A DNA stretch of 64,000 bases. It comes from Escherichia phage 55. The stretch's first letter is position 1; every line of letters starts with the position of its first letter. Below the pieces are notes generated by a model, which worked only from the letters and a program-made list of their open reading frames with translations, was not told the origin of the DNA and did not search any database. A program made the position numbers and the translations under genes. This document shows, piece by piece, positions 50,893-59,312 of this stretch. The stretch lies in the sequence record OQ599310; one strand, 5' to 3'.

Positions 50893-51290
50893 TGTCTAAT
50901 ATCAATAAACTTTATTCAGATATCGACCCAGAAATGCGTATGGATTGGAACAAGGACGTTGCTCGTTCTGTAGGACTTCGTTCTATTAAAAATAGTCTTC
51001 TTGGCATAGTGACAACTAGAAAAGGCTCACGCCCCTTCGACCCTGAATTTGGATGCGATTTGGTTGATGAACTTTTCGAGAACATGACACCGCTTACAGC
51101 TGATACGATTGAGCGTAATATCCAGGCAGCCGTCCGTAACTATGAGCCACGCATCGACAAACTTTCTGTAAGTGTAACGCCAGTATATGATGACTATACG
51201 GTTATAGTAGAGATTAGATTTTCGGTCGTAGATAACCCTGATGATATCGAACAAATCAAACTTCAGTTAGCATCAAGCAATAGAGTGTAA
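50892..51290 (+). CDS. 25: gp25 baseplate wedge subunit
   Basis: 132 aa as in T4 gp25. Confidence 0.88.
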   Translation: MSNINKLYSDIDPEMRMDWNKDVARSVGLRSIKNSLLGIVTTRKGSRPFDPEFGCDLVDELFENMTPLTADTIERNIQAAVRNYEPRIDKLSVSVTPVYDDYTVIVEIRFSVVDNPDDIEQIKLQLASSNRV

Positions 51291-51315
51291 TGCTTCAAGG
51301 CAACCTATGTATAAT
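51289..51315 (+). promoter_or_regulatory. MotA-dependent middle promoter upstream of uvsY (MotA box aaTGCTTCA, 12 bp, TATAAT)
   Basis: TGCTTCA 51291-51297; TATAAT 51310-51315. Confidence 0.55.
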
Positions 51316-51370
51316 GGTTTTAGGTCCTTCCGATACAGCCGGGAGATTATTAGTTAAAAGAGAGAATATT

Positions 51371-51784
51371 ATGAAGCTGGAAGATTTACAGGAAGAGTTA
51401 GACGCAGACTTAGCTATTGATACGACAAAGTTGCAATATGAGACGGCGAATAATGTTAAGTTATACAGCAAATGGCTACGTAAGCACTCATTTATTCGTA
51501 AAGAAATGTTGCGTATAGAGACTCAGAAGAAAACTGCTCTAAAAGCAAGATTAGACTACTACTCGGGACGAGGTGATGGTGATGAATTCAGTATGGACCG
51601 ATACGAAAAATCTGAAATGAAAACTGTCCTGGCCGCAGATAAAGATGTGCTTAAAATAGAGACTACTTTACAATACTGGGGAATTTTACTTGAGTTCTGT
51701 AGTGGTGCACTTGATGCAGTTAAGTCTCGTAGTTTTGCACTTAAACATATCCAGGATATGCGAGAATTTGAAGCGGGGCAATAA
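51371..51784 (+). CDS. uvsY: UvsY recombination mediator
   Basis: Start moved to internal ATG 51371, giving 137 aa, the length of T4 UvsY. Confidence 0.85.
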   Translation: MKLEDLQEELDADLAIDTTKLQYETANNVKLYSKWLRKHSFIRKEMLRIETQKKTALKARLDYYSGRGDGDEFSMDRYEKSEMKTVLAADKDVLKIETTLQYWGILLEFCSGALDAVKSRSFALKHIQDMREFEAGQ

Positions 51785-52008
51785 TGCGTTATTCAATTGA
51801 AGATGCCTTTAATAATGATGAAGAATTTGAAACTGAAATTAAATTCTTAATGGAAAAGTATCGTCTACGACGTCAGGATATTCGTATTCTGGCCGACCAT
51901 CCTTGTGGCGAAGACGTCCTTTATATTAAAGGGAAGTTTGCTGGGTACATCGACGAGTATTTTTATACAAAAGATATGGGTATCGATATGTGCATGCGAA
52001 TGGTATAA
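51784..52008 (+). CDS. hypothetical protein (74 aa), uvsY.-1-position
   Basis: ORF track; start overlaps the uvsY stop. Confidence 0.45.
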   Translation: MRYSIEDAFNNDEEFETEIKFLMEKYRLRRQDIRILADHPCGEDVLYIKGKFAGYIDEYFYTKDMGIDMCMRMV

Positions 52009-52040
52009 ATAGATATGTAATTTCAACTTAGGAGGCAATC

Positions 52041-52208
52041 ATGTCAGATAAGATTTGTGTTGTCTGTAAAACTCCAATCGATTCTGCATTGGTTGTTGAA
52101 ACAGACAAAGGTCCAGCACATCCTGGTCCTTGTTATAATTATGTCCAACAATTGCCGGTTTCAGAAAGTTCAGAAGAGCAATTGAACGAAACCCAACTTT
52201 TACTATAG
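52041..52208 (+). CDS. small Cys-containing protein (55 aa), uvsY.-2-position
   Basis: Not in ORF track; strong SD ggaggcaatcATG; CVVC motif. Confidence 0.4.
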   Translation: MSDKICVVCKTPIDSALVVETDKGPAHPGPCYNYVQQLPVSESSEEQLNETQLLL

Positions 52209-52235
52209 TGTTACCTTTTTTTGCCTATGGTTTTT

Positions 52236-52257
52236 GGCCCTTCCAAAAGGTCGGGCC
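52236..52257. terminator. hairpin GGCCC...GGGCC flanked by T-runs, between convergent genes
   Basis: Stem 52236-52240/52253-52257 with flanking TTTTT and TTTTTT. Confidence 0.55.
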
Positions 52258-52265
52258 TTTTTTAA

Positions 52266-52499
52266 TTAGAAGTCTTCTTCCTCATCCTCATCATCGTCGC
52301 CTTCAAGTTCGGCACGCTTACCTGCTAAGGCATCCCTGACAGAAATATCGTCTGTATCTTTTAATTCCGTTTCTTTTATACGTTTCTTATAATAAGCTTC
52401 CAATTCTTCAAGCCCTTCTAAGGTATGACAACTAGCAATTTTACCCATGAATTCGTCAATAGATGCTTCGTATAAAAATTGTTTAAATTCAAGTACCAT
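52266..52499 (-). CDS. uvsW.1: UvsW.1 (separate small acidic protein)
   Basis: 77 aa ORF directly downstream of uvsW; acidic C-terminus. Confidence 0.75.
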   Translation of the reverse strand: MVLEFKQFLYEASIDEFMGKIASCHTLEGLEELEAYYKKRIKETELKDTDDISVRDALAGKRAELEGDDDEDEEEDF

Positions 52500-52510
52500 T
52501 TTTATCTCCT

Positions 52511-52526
52511 AAGGGCCGAAGCCCTT
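52511..52526 (-). promoter_or_regulatory. hairpin AAGGGC-cgaa-GCCCTT at the uvsW/uvsW.1 junction
   Basis: Perfect stem overlapping the uvsW stop; precedes the uvsW.1 SD. Confidence 0.4.
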
Positions 52527-54039
52527 ATAAATTAATTGTTTTCATTACATAGTTAAATTTCTCATCAGCGTAACGTTGGATACGATCAATACCGTGTTTT
52601 AACAAGTAATTAAGATGAGTATACTTCTTTTTAGTATTTAATGATTTAGGTTTTACACCTGCGTCATCGATGAGATCCCAAACTGTAGCAACAGCTTTAG
52701 AACCATGCTTACGAAGCACACGACCTACTGTTTGAAGTACGATAATTTTTGATTTAACACCATGGGCAAAAATAACATGATGAAGATTCTTGACTGAAAT
52801 ACCAGTAGAGAATACTCCATATGATGCGACAATAATAATGCCTTTACCATTTTCTGCCATGACTTTAAGCGCGTTACGTGTTTCAGTATCAACTTCACCT
52901 GATACGTAATAAACTTTTTCGTATCCAAGCTCTTTAATAGCTTCAAATATTTCTTTACCGTGTGTAACGTGTTTAAACATTACAAAGGCGTTCTCGTCTT
53001 TCTTGGCCAATTTGACTGAAAGTTGGGCAATCCACTTTGTACGTCGTTTTAGTCCGGTAATAATTTTAACTTCTTCTTGGTATGTTTTACCTTTTAATTT
53101 AGTGGCGAATTCGTCCGGATAACGAAGGAAAATACTATTAATCTTAAGCTCAGTTACCTGTCCGTCTTCCATTAATTTAGACGTGCTAACAGGACGGAAG
53201 ATTTCGCCGAACATACCTACGTACTGCATTACATTGGCTTTTCCGTCTCTTAATGAGCCGGATAAACCGAATTTAAACATACAATTATTTAATCCTGAGA
53301 TGATTGAAGAAATACTTTTGCCTGTTGCTAAGTGGCATTCATCGTTCATCATCATACCGAACTGAGAGAACCATTCTTTAGGCTGCTTAACTACCGTTTG
53401 CCATGTGCCAACAATAATTGGAGCGTCGTTTTTAGATTTGTCCGCTTTATCGGCACCACCGCCAATTTTCTTAATCATCGAATGACTAAACAAGCGATAA
53501 TCAACAAAATCATTAGCCATCTGGGTTGTCAATGCTGTTGTAGGGACGATAATGAGAATTTTACCTTCATAGTTCTCTAGATAATATCGAGCTAAAAGTG
53601 CTTGGATTAGTGATTTACCTGCTGATGTCGGAAGGTTTAAAATTCGACGACGATTAACTAGTCCTTCATATACTGCATCTTTTTGATACCAATGTGGTTC
53701 GATTTTGGTGTTGCCCGAATAAATTTCTTGTTTAGAAAGCCATGCGTCAAAATCTTCCCTAGTAAGGTCTTCAGTCTCAAAGATTTTAGGGTCAATCCAT
53801 ACAGAATAACTCATATTGTTACAGAACTTTTTTATTTGTCCTACAAGTCCATATGGTAACAAACGATTGTAATCTAAAAGTCGAATTCTACCATCCCATT
53901 GCCCATAGCGATATTTTGGGTTAAATTTATACCCGTCAGCTTCAAAGCTAAAAAAGTCACGAAGTTCGTAAAACGTACTTTCGTCGCATTCAATGCGAAC
54001 GTGACTAAAATCATAAAAATGTACTTTAATGTCAGTCAT
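52525..54039 (-). CDS. uvsW: UvsW DNA/RNA helicase (SF2)
   Basis: 504 aa; Walker A (PTSAGKS) and DExH-like (MNDECH) motifs. Confidence 0.92.
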   Translation of the reverse strand: MTDIKVHFYDFSHVRIECDESTFYELRDFFSFEADGYKFNPKYRYGQWDGRIRLLDYNRLLPYGLVGQIKKFCNNMSYSVWIDPKIFETEDLTREDFDAWLSKQEIYSGNTKIEPHWYQKDAVYEGLVNRRRILNLPTSAGKSLIQALLARYYLENYEGKILIIVPTTALTTQMANDFVDYRLFSHSMIKKIGGGADKADKSKNDAPIIVGTWQTVVKQPKEWFSQFGMMMNDECHLATGKSISSIISGLNNCMFKFGLSGSLRDGKANVMQYVGMFGEIFRPVSTSKLMEDGQVTELKINSIFLRYPDEFATKLKGKTYQEEVKIITGLKRRTKWIAQLSVKLAKKDENAFVMFKHVTHGKEIFEAIKELGYEKVYYVSGEVDTETRNALKVMAENGKGIIIVASYGVFSTGISVKNLHHVIFAHGVKSKIIVLQTVGRVLRKHGSKAVATVWDLIDDAGVKPKSLNTKKKYTHLNYLLKHGIDRIQRYADEKFNYVMKTINL

Positions 54040-54068
54040 GTCAAATTACCATGTAATAAATATAGTTA

Positions 54069-54076
54069 TATTTATA
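54069..54076 (-). promoter_or_regulatory. late promoter TATAAATA for uvsW
   Basis: Reverse complement of tatttata 54069-54076. Confidence 0.45.
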
Positions 54077-54089
54077 ATGAGGAAATACC

Positions 54090-54758
54090 ATGATCGATAA
54101 AGACTATATTGAAGAGTTACGTGCTCTTTCTGATAAAAAGGAAGCCAAAGCTAAACTGTTTGAATATGCGGAACAATTTGGCATTAGTGTTAAGAAAACA
54201 AAATCATTCGATAATATTGTTATTGATATCGAAGAAGCTCTTAACGCACTGGCTGATGAACCATTACCTGAAACTGATGGATTATCTATCACCGATTTAA
54301 TTACTGCCGCAGATGATGTGGACGGTGTTAATTTCACCAACGAAGAAGTTAAAGAAGAAGCTATTCTGTTGTTTGATTCTCCAACAGAACAAGTTGAAGT
54401 ATTAGAAGTTGTCGAACAAGAAAAAGAATTCGACCATGATAAATTCGAAGAAGCAATTACTCAGGTTGTTGAATCTGAAAAAGAGCCTGAGTCAGAGGTA
54501 AATAAAGAAGTAAATTTTGTTCTGCCTGAAAATTTTAGTCCTACACTTATTAAATTAGGCAAAGGCCCAGGGTATGTTACTGTTCCTTGGTGGATTTATC
54601 AATGGATAGCCGAAACACCTGATTGGAAATCTCGCCCAACTAGTTTTGTGCATGCTTCTGCTCACCAAACATTATTTAGCTTAATTTATTATATTAATCG
54701 CGATGGATCAGTTCTAATTCGTGAAACTCGTAATTCTTCTTTCGTAACATTAAAATAA
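54090..54758 (+). CDS. inh: Inh-like protein (inhibitor of prohead protease), by position
   Basis: 222 aa acidic protein between uvsW and hoc, as T4 Inh. Confidence 0.6.
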   Translation: MIDKDYIEELRALSDKKEAKAKLFEYAEQFGISVKKTKSFDNIVIDIEEALNALADEPLPETDGLSITDLITAADDVDGVNFTNEEVKEEAILLFDSPTEQVEVLEVVEQEKEFDHDKFEEAITQVVESEKEPESEVNKEVNFVLPENFSPTLIKLGKGPGYVTVPWWIYQWIAETPDWKSRPTSFVHASAHQTLFSLIYYINRDGSVLIRETRNSSFVTLK

Positions 54759-54767
54759 GGATAACTT

Positions 54768-55898
54768 ATGGCTTTTACAGTTGATATAACTCCTAAAACA
54801 CCTAGTGGAGTTATAGATGAGACTAAGCAGTTTACTGCTACTCCCAGTGGTGAAACTGGAGGCGGAACTATTACATATGCTTGGACTGTAGATGATGTTC
54901 CACAAGATGGAGCTGAAGCAACTTTTAGTTATATACTAAAGGGACCTGCCGGTCAAAAGACTATTAAAGTAGTTGCAACAAATACAGTTCCAGAAGCTGA
55001 AGCTGAAACAGCAGAAGCTTCTGGAACTATCACAGTTCAAAACAAGACACAAACGACTACCTTAGCCGTAACTCCTGCTAGTCCTTCAGCTGGAGTAATT
55101 GGAACCCCAGTTCAATTTACTGCTGCCTTAGCTTCTCAACCAGCTGGAGCGTCTGCTACGTATCAGTGGTATGTAGATGATTCACAGGTTGGTGGAGAAA
55201 CTAACTCTACATTTAGCTATACTCCAACTACAAGTGGAGTAAAAAGAATTAAATGTGTAGCCCAAGTAACTGCGACAGATTATGATGCAAAGGAAGTTAC
55301 TTCGAATGAAGTATCATTAACGGTTAATAAGAAGACAATGAATCCACAGGTTACATTGACTCCTCCTTCTATTAACGTTCAGCAAGATGCTTCGGCTACA
55401 TTTACGGCTAATGTTACGGATGCTCCAGAAGAAGCGCAAATTGCGTATTCATGGAAGAAAGATTCTTCTCCTGTAGAAGGGTCAACTAATGTATATACCG
55501 TTGATACCTCGTCTATTGGAAGTCAAACTATTGAAGTTACTGCAACTATTACTGCAACTGATTACGATAGCAAAACTATTACAGCAGAAGGTCAAGTTCA
55601 GGTAACTGATAAAGTTGCTCCGGAACCAGAAGGTGAATTACCTTATGTTCATCCTCTTCCACATCGTACTTCAGCTTACATCTGGTGCGGTTGGTGGGTT
55701 ATGGATGAAATACAAAAAATGACTGAAGAAGGTAAAGATTGGAAAACTGACGATCCAGATAGTAAGTACTACTTGCATCGTTACACTCTCCAGAAGATGA
55801 TGAAAGATTATCCAGAAGTTGATGTTCAAGAATCGCGTAATGGATACATCATTCATAAAACTGCTTTAGAAACTGGTATCATCTATACCTATCCATAA
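54768..55898 (+). CDS. hoc: Hoc, highly immunogenic outer capsid protein
   Basis: 376 aa; near-identical to remembered T4 Hoc (MAFTVDITPKTP.GVIDETKQFTATPSG ... ELPYVHPLPHR). Confidence 0.93.
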   Translation: MAFTVDITPKTPSGVIDETKQFTATPSGETGGGTITYAWTVDDVPQDGAEATFSYILKGPAGQKTIKVVATNTVPEAEAETAEASGTITVQNKTQTTTLAVTPASPSAGVIGTPVQFTAALASQPAGASATYQWYVDDSQVGGETNSTFSYTPTTSGVKRIKCVAQVTATDYDAKEVTSNEVSLTVNKKTMNPQVTLTPPSINVQQDASATFTANVTDAPEEAQIAYSWKKDSSPVEGSTNVYTVDTSSIGSQTIEVTATITATDYDSKTITAEGQVQVTDKVAPEPEGELPYVHPLPHRTSAYIWCGWWVMDEIQKMTEEGKDWKTDDPDSKYYLHRYTLQKMMKDYPEVDVQESRNGYIIHKTALETGIIYTYP

Positions 55899-55903
55899 TC
55901 GTA

Positions 55904-55917
55904 GGGGCTTCGGCCCC
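55904..55917 (+). terminator. hairpin GGGGC-UUCG-GCCCC followed by TTT
   Basis: 5-bp stem with UUCG loop after hoc. Confidence 0.6.
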
Positions 55918-55991
55918 TTTCTTCGTTTTAAAGCATATAAAACACAACTTGAGATTGATGTATATAATGGCACAAACCAAATAATACGGGA

Positions 55992-56192
55992 TTGATTATG
56001 AGAGCTGAAGTTGAAGTTTATACATTACATGAGGCGGGATTTTCATTCGTAGAAATTGCTCAAAAAATTGGTTTACAACCTAAAGAAGTTGGATTACTAT
56101 GGACTAAAGCCGAGACAGCTCGGTCAAAGTTTAAAGCAAAAGAAAAAGTTGTATACCGTAAACGTTTGATTAACAAAAAGGTGAAGAAATGA
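55992..56192 (+). CDS. hypothetical protein (66 aa), 24.3-position
   Basis: ORF track. Confidence 0.4.
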   Translation: MIMRAEVEVYTLHEAGFSFVEIAQKIGLQPKEVGLLWTKAETARSKFKAKEKVVYRKRLINKKVKK

Positions 56193-56440
56193 GTTTTGCA
56201 CAGGAATTAAGAGAAAGGGCACTGGCCACTAAAGCTAATTTGTTGAGTGATTTTATTACTAACTTCTCTGTGATGGCAGAGAAAGCCGCTGATAAAGGCC
56301 AGACACAATTCACGTACTACCCGTCAAAGAACGATTTAACTATAACTGAACAAGTCGGTCAATGGCTTCGTGATAACGGCTTTCAGTATAAAATTAATCA
56401 CGACCAACGTGATGGGCACTGGATAGAAATCAAGTTCTAA
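56189..56440 (+). CDS. hypothetical protein (83 aa), 24.2-position
   Basis: ORF track. Confidence 0.45.
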   Translation: MSFAQELRERALATKANLLSDFITNFSVMAEKAADKGQTQFTYYPSKNDLTITEQVGQWLRDNGFQYKINHDQRDGHWIEIKF

Positions 56441-56441
56441 T

Positions 56442-56468
56442 ATGCTTTACAATTTTTGATGGTATAAT
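56442..56468 (+). promoter_or_regulatory. MotA-box middle promoter upstream of rnlB (aTGCTTTA, 13 bp, TATAAT)
   Basis: TGCTTTA 56443-56449; TATAAT 56463-56468. Confidence 0.5.
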
Positions 56469-56505
56469 GAATCTAGGTTCTATCCATTCAAATTAAACAT
56501 CTGGT

Positions 56506-56522
56506 CAGAGACAGAGTCTCTG
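56506..56522 (+). promoter_or_regulatory. perfect 7-bp hairpin CAGAGAC-aga-GTCTCTG in the rnlB 5' leader
   Basis: Inverted repeat seen directly; function unknown. Confidence 0.4.
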
Positions 56523-56559
56523 CTAATTATTTTGATATTATTATTTATAATGGTGATTT

Positions 56560-57567
56560 ATGTTTAAGAAATACAGCAGTCTTGAAAACCACTACAACTC
56601 TAAGTTTATTGAAAAACTCTACACTAATGGTTTGACTACTGGTGTTTGGGTAGCACGTGAGAAAATCCATGGGACCAACTTCTCGTTAATAATTGAACGT
56701 GACAACGTCACATGCGCCAAGCGCACAGGCCCTATTCTTCCAGCAGAAGATTTTTATGGTTATGAAATCGTACTCAAGAAGTATGATAAAGCTATTAAAG
56801 GCGTTCAAGAAGTCATGGGCAGCATTTCAACTTCAGTGTCGGTGTCATATCAAATCTTTGGTGAATTCGCTGGTGGTGGAATCCAGAAAGGTGTTGACTA
56901 CGGTGAAAAAGATTTTTATGTGTTCGATATCCTTATCAATACAGAAAGTGGTGATAATACGTATTTGACCGATTACGAAATGCAAGATTTCTGTAATGAA
57001 TTCGGTTTTAAAATGGCACCAATGCTTGGCCGTGGAACATTTGATTCTCTTATCATGATTCCAAATGACCTTGATTCCGTCTTAGCCGCTTATAATGCTA
57101 CTGCGTCAGAAGACCTTGTCGAAGCAAATAATTGCGTATTTGATGCTAATGTTATTGGCGATAATACTGCGGAAGGTTATGTTCTGAAACCTTGTTTCCC
57201 TAAATGGCTGCCAAACGGTACTCGTGTAGCTATTAAGTGCAAGAACTCTAAATTCAGTGAAAAGAAAAAGTCTGATAAGCCTATTAAAACTCAGGTTCCA
57301 TTAACCGAAACTGACAAAAACTTGCTTGATGTTCTAGCTTGTTATGTTACATTAAATCGTGTTAATAATGTTATTTCTAAGATTGGGACTGTAACGCCGA
57401 AAGATTTTGGCAAAGTGATGGGATTGACTGTTCAAGATATTCTGGAAGAAACTTCTCGTGAAGGTATTGTATTAACATCATCTGATAATCCTAATCTTGT
57501 TAAGAAAGAATTAGTCCGAATGGTGCAAGATGTTCTGCGTCCTGCATGGATTGAATTAGTATCATAA
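56560..57567 (+). CDS. rnlB: RNA ligase 2
   Basis: 335 aa; nucleotidyltransferase motif I KIHGTN; size as T4 Rnl2 (334 aa). Confidence 0.92.
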   Translation: MFKKYSSLENHYNSKFIEKLYTNGLTTGVWVAREKIHGTNFSLIIERDNVTCAKRTGPILPAEDFYGYEIVLKKYDKAIKGVQEVMGSISTSVSVSYQIFGEFAGGGIQKGVDYGEKDFYVFDILINTESGDNTYLTDYEMQDFCNEFGFKMAPMLGRGTFDSLIMIPNDLDSVLAAYNATASEDLVEANNCVFDANVIGDNTAEGYVLKPCFPKWLPNGTRVAIKCKNSKFSEKKKSDKPIKTQVPLTETDKNLLDVLACYVTLNRVNNVISKIGTVTPKDFGKVMGLTVQDILEETSREGIVLTSSDNPNLVKKELVRMVQDVLRPAWIELVS

Positions 57568-57575
57568 CGAAAAAA

Positions 57576-57591
57576 GGGACCGTAAGGTCCC
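57576..57591. terminator. bidirectional hairpin GGGACC-guaa-GGUCCC flanked by A5 and T6
   Basis: Between convergent rnlB (+) and gene 24 (-). Confidence 0.7.
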
Positions 57592-57600
57592 TTTTTTCGT

Positions 57601-58884
57601 TTATTCATCTATAATAATTTTAGGCAATTTAACACCTAGTAAAACAGACAAGTCTGAACGTCCTGCCATTTTATCCATGTCCCCGCCATCAATTATTCTC
57701 GCTTCTTTTTCGTCTTTTGCTACTGTGTAAGGATTTGCTGATAAAGCATATCTAACCAATAATCCGATAGACGGTTGCAAGCTTTCTGGATCAACTACAA
57801 CTTTAAATGCACCAACATGTTCCGGGTCATCTAAATCCACTCCTTCGGTGTATGGAGCATAAAAGATGGACCCTACAATTTCTTTTTCGCCGAGATTTTC
57901 TACAACACCCACAATAACATAATCTAACGGGCTGTTGGTATCGCAGTAAAGAGGTAATCCATTTGCCAAGAATCCATAAGCATTTTGTGAAAGATACTTG
58001 TCATCTTCTGGCTTATGTTTTAACCAACCGGAAGCAGCAAGAATAGCAGCTGCACGAGCTGAGGCTACACAAAACGTTGCAGTATAAGTTGTCTCTTTTT
58101 GAATGTGCGATACCATTTCACACACCATTCGATATAATGAACGACCTGCTTCTGGAGCGGATGCATAGCTCAAGTCAATAAATCCAGTGTCAGTAATTCC
58201 AGTAACTTTATAACGTTTCGATACAGTAATTAAAGACTGAAGAATATCTTTATTAATTTCATCAGCCATTTCAGTAGCAAGCAAATCTTCTAAGAAGTTA
58301 GGGGCATCAAATCCATTCGCTTCCAAATCTTGCGCTAATTCAACCGTGAGACCAGTTTTAAGTTTACGAGATTTGACTGAAGTTTGCCATTTATTAATCT
58401 GGAATCTTGCATCAGAAATTTCGCTACCAGAGCTTTCAAATTTGCTTGTTACCGCTGCATCTGAAAATAACCGTACCTTTAAATGAACGACTGCAATCTG
58501 AAGAGCTAATTCTAGATCACTTTCTTGAATATCTGCAAATGGTGTATCTTCTAACACCTTATAGACGATATTATTATATTTGAAAAAATCACCTTTATTT
58601 AGTGTGGCTTTTGATTCTTCTGTGAGCTCAGTAATTTTTTCTCGGTCTACATATCCAGCTTCGCCTGCATAAGTAGCACCAGTTTTAAATGTGAATTCGT
58701 TATCTGGGTTAAGATATTTGATACCATAAAAAGCAGCAACAGGTTGATTAGTTCTTTGTGTTGCTACAATGTCAGAATATATTAATTTAGTCGTAGCGCG
58801 AGTCAAAGCAACGAGATTTGGGCGACCGATTGAGTTGCTAGTAGACGTTGTAGATTCACGCAATAATTTTTGGATTTTACTCAT
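57601..58884 (-). CDS. 24: gp24 head vertex protein
   Basis: 427 aa as in T4 gp24. Confidence 0.92.
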   Translation of the reverse strand: MSKIQKLLRESTTSTSNSIGRPNLVALTRATTKLIYSDIVATQRTNQPVAAFYGIKYLNPDNEFTFKTGATYAGEAGYVDREKITELTEESKATLNKGDFFKYNNIVYKVLEDTPFADIQESDLELALQIAVVHLKVRLFSDAAVTSKFESSGSEISDARFQINKWQTSVKSRKLKTGLTVELAQDLEANGFDAPNFLEDLLATEMADEINKDILQSLITVSKRYKVTGITDTGFIDLSYASAPEAGRSLYRMVCEMVSHIQKETTYTATFCVASARAAAILAASGWLKHKPEDDKYLSQNAYGFLANGLPLYCDTNSPLDYVIVGVVENLGEKEIVGSIFYAPYTEGVDLDDPEHVGAFKVVVDPESLQPSIGLLVRYALSANPYTVAKDEKEARIIDGGDMDKMAGRSDLSVLLGVKLPKIIIDE

Positions 58885-58911
58885 TGCATTTTTTCCTTAT
58901 GTGATATAGAT

Positions 58912-58919
58912 TATTTATA
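58912..58919 (-). promoter_or_regulatory. late promoter TATAAATA for gene 24
   Basis: Reverse complement of tatttata 58912-58919, about 30 bp upstream of the gene 24 start. Confidence 0.55.
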
Positions 58920-58925
58920 AAGATT

Positions 58926-58955
58926 GTTTACAACGTATTTGGTATGTGATACTAT
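58926..58955 (+). promoter_or_regulatory. T4-type early promoter (GTTTAC, 18 bp, TGTGATACTAT) driving the orphan gene between 24 and 23
   Basis: GTTTAC 58926-58931; TACTAT 58950-58955. Confidence 0.55.
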
Positions 58956-58985
58956 AGACTTATCAACTACAGAGGAGTAAACAAA

Positions 58986-59255
58986 ATGACTAAAGCACGT
59001 TTCTTACGAGATACTTTAAAAGTTCTAGAAGCTGAAGCAGTTAAGTTAGTAGAAAAATATGGTGCAAAAGTTAATGGTAATGCCTTCAACAAAGTATGGA
59101 TGAAAGTTGATTCTGAAGCTCGAGCTAAAGGTTATTGGGCCACTGATAAACTTGCATCATTCAAAAACAAAGACGGTTCTCCGGCATATGTCCAAGAAGG
59201 TATGCCTAATTGGCAAAATATTTTGAAAACTTACATCGAAATTGCACAGAAATAA
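58986..59255 (+). CDS. orphan hypothetical protein (89 aa) inserted between head genes 24 and 23, opposite strand
   Basis: ORF track; own early-type promoter and SD (gaggagtaaacaaaATG); followed by a terminator hairpin. Confidence 0.55.
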   Translation: MTKARFLRDTLKVLEAEAVKLVEKYGAKVNGNAFNKVWMKVDSEARAKGYWATDKLASFKNKDGSPAYVQEGMPNWQNILKTYIEIAQK

Positions 59256-59265
59256 AACCAAAAAT

Positions 59266-59283
59266 GGGAGACCGAAGTCTCCC
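59266..59283. terminator. hairpin GGGAGAC-cgaa-GUCUCCC
   Basis: Identical to 11657-11674; between convergent orphan gene (+) and gene 23 (-). Confidence 0.65.
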
Positions 59284-59312
59284 ATAAGGTTATGTATTTT
59301 AACGTTAAAGCA

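Noticed and set aside
51290-51370. ORF-track start of the uvsY frame at 51290 (164 aa)
   Set aside because: The extension overlaps the gene 25 stop and the middle promoter; the internal ATG at 51371 gives the expected 137-aa UvsY.
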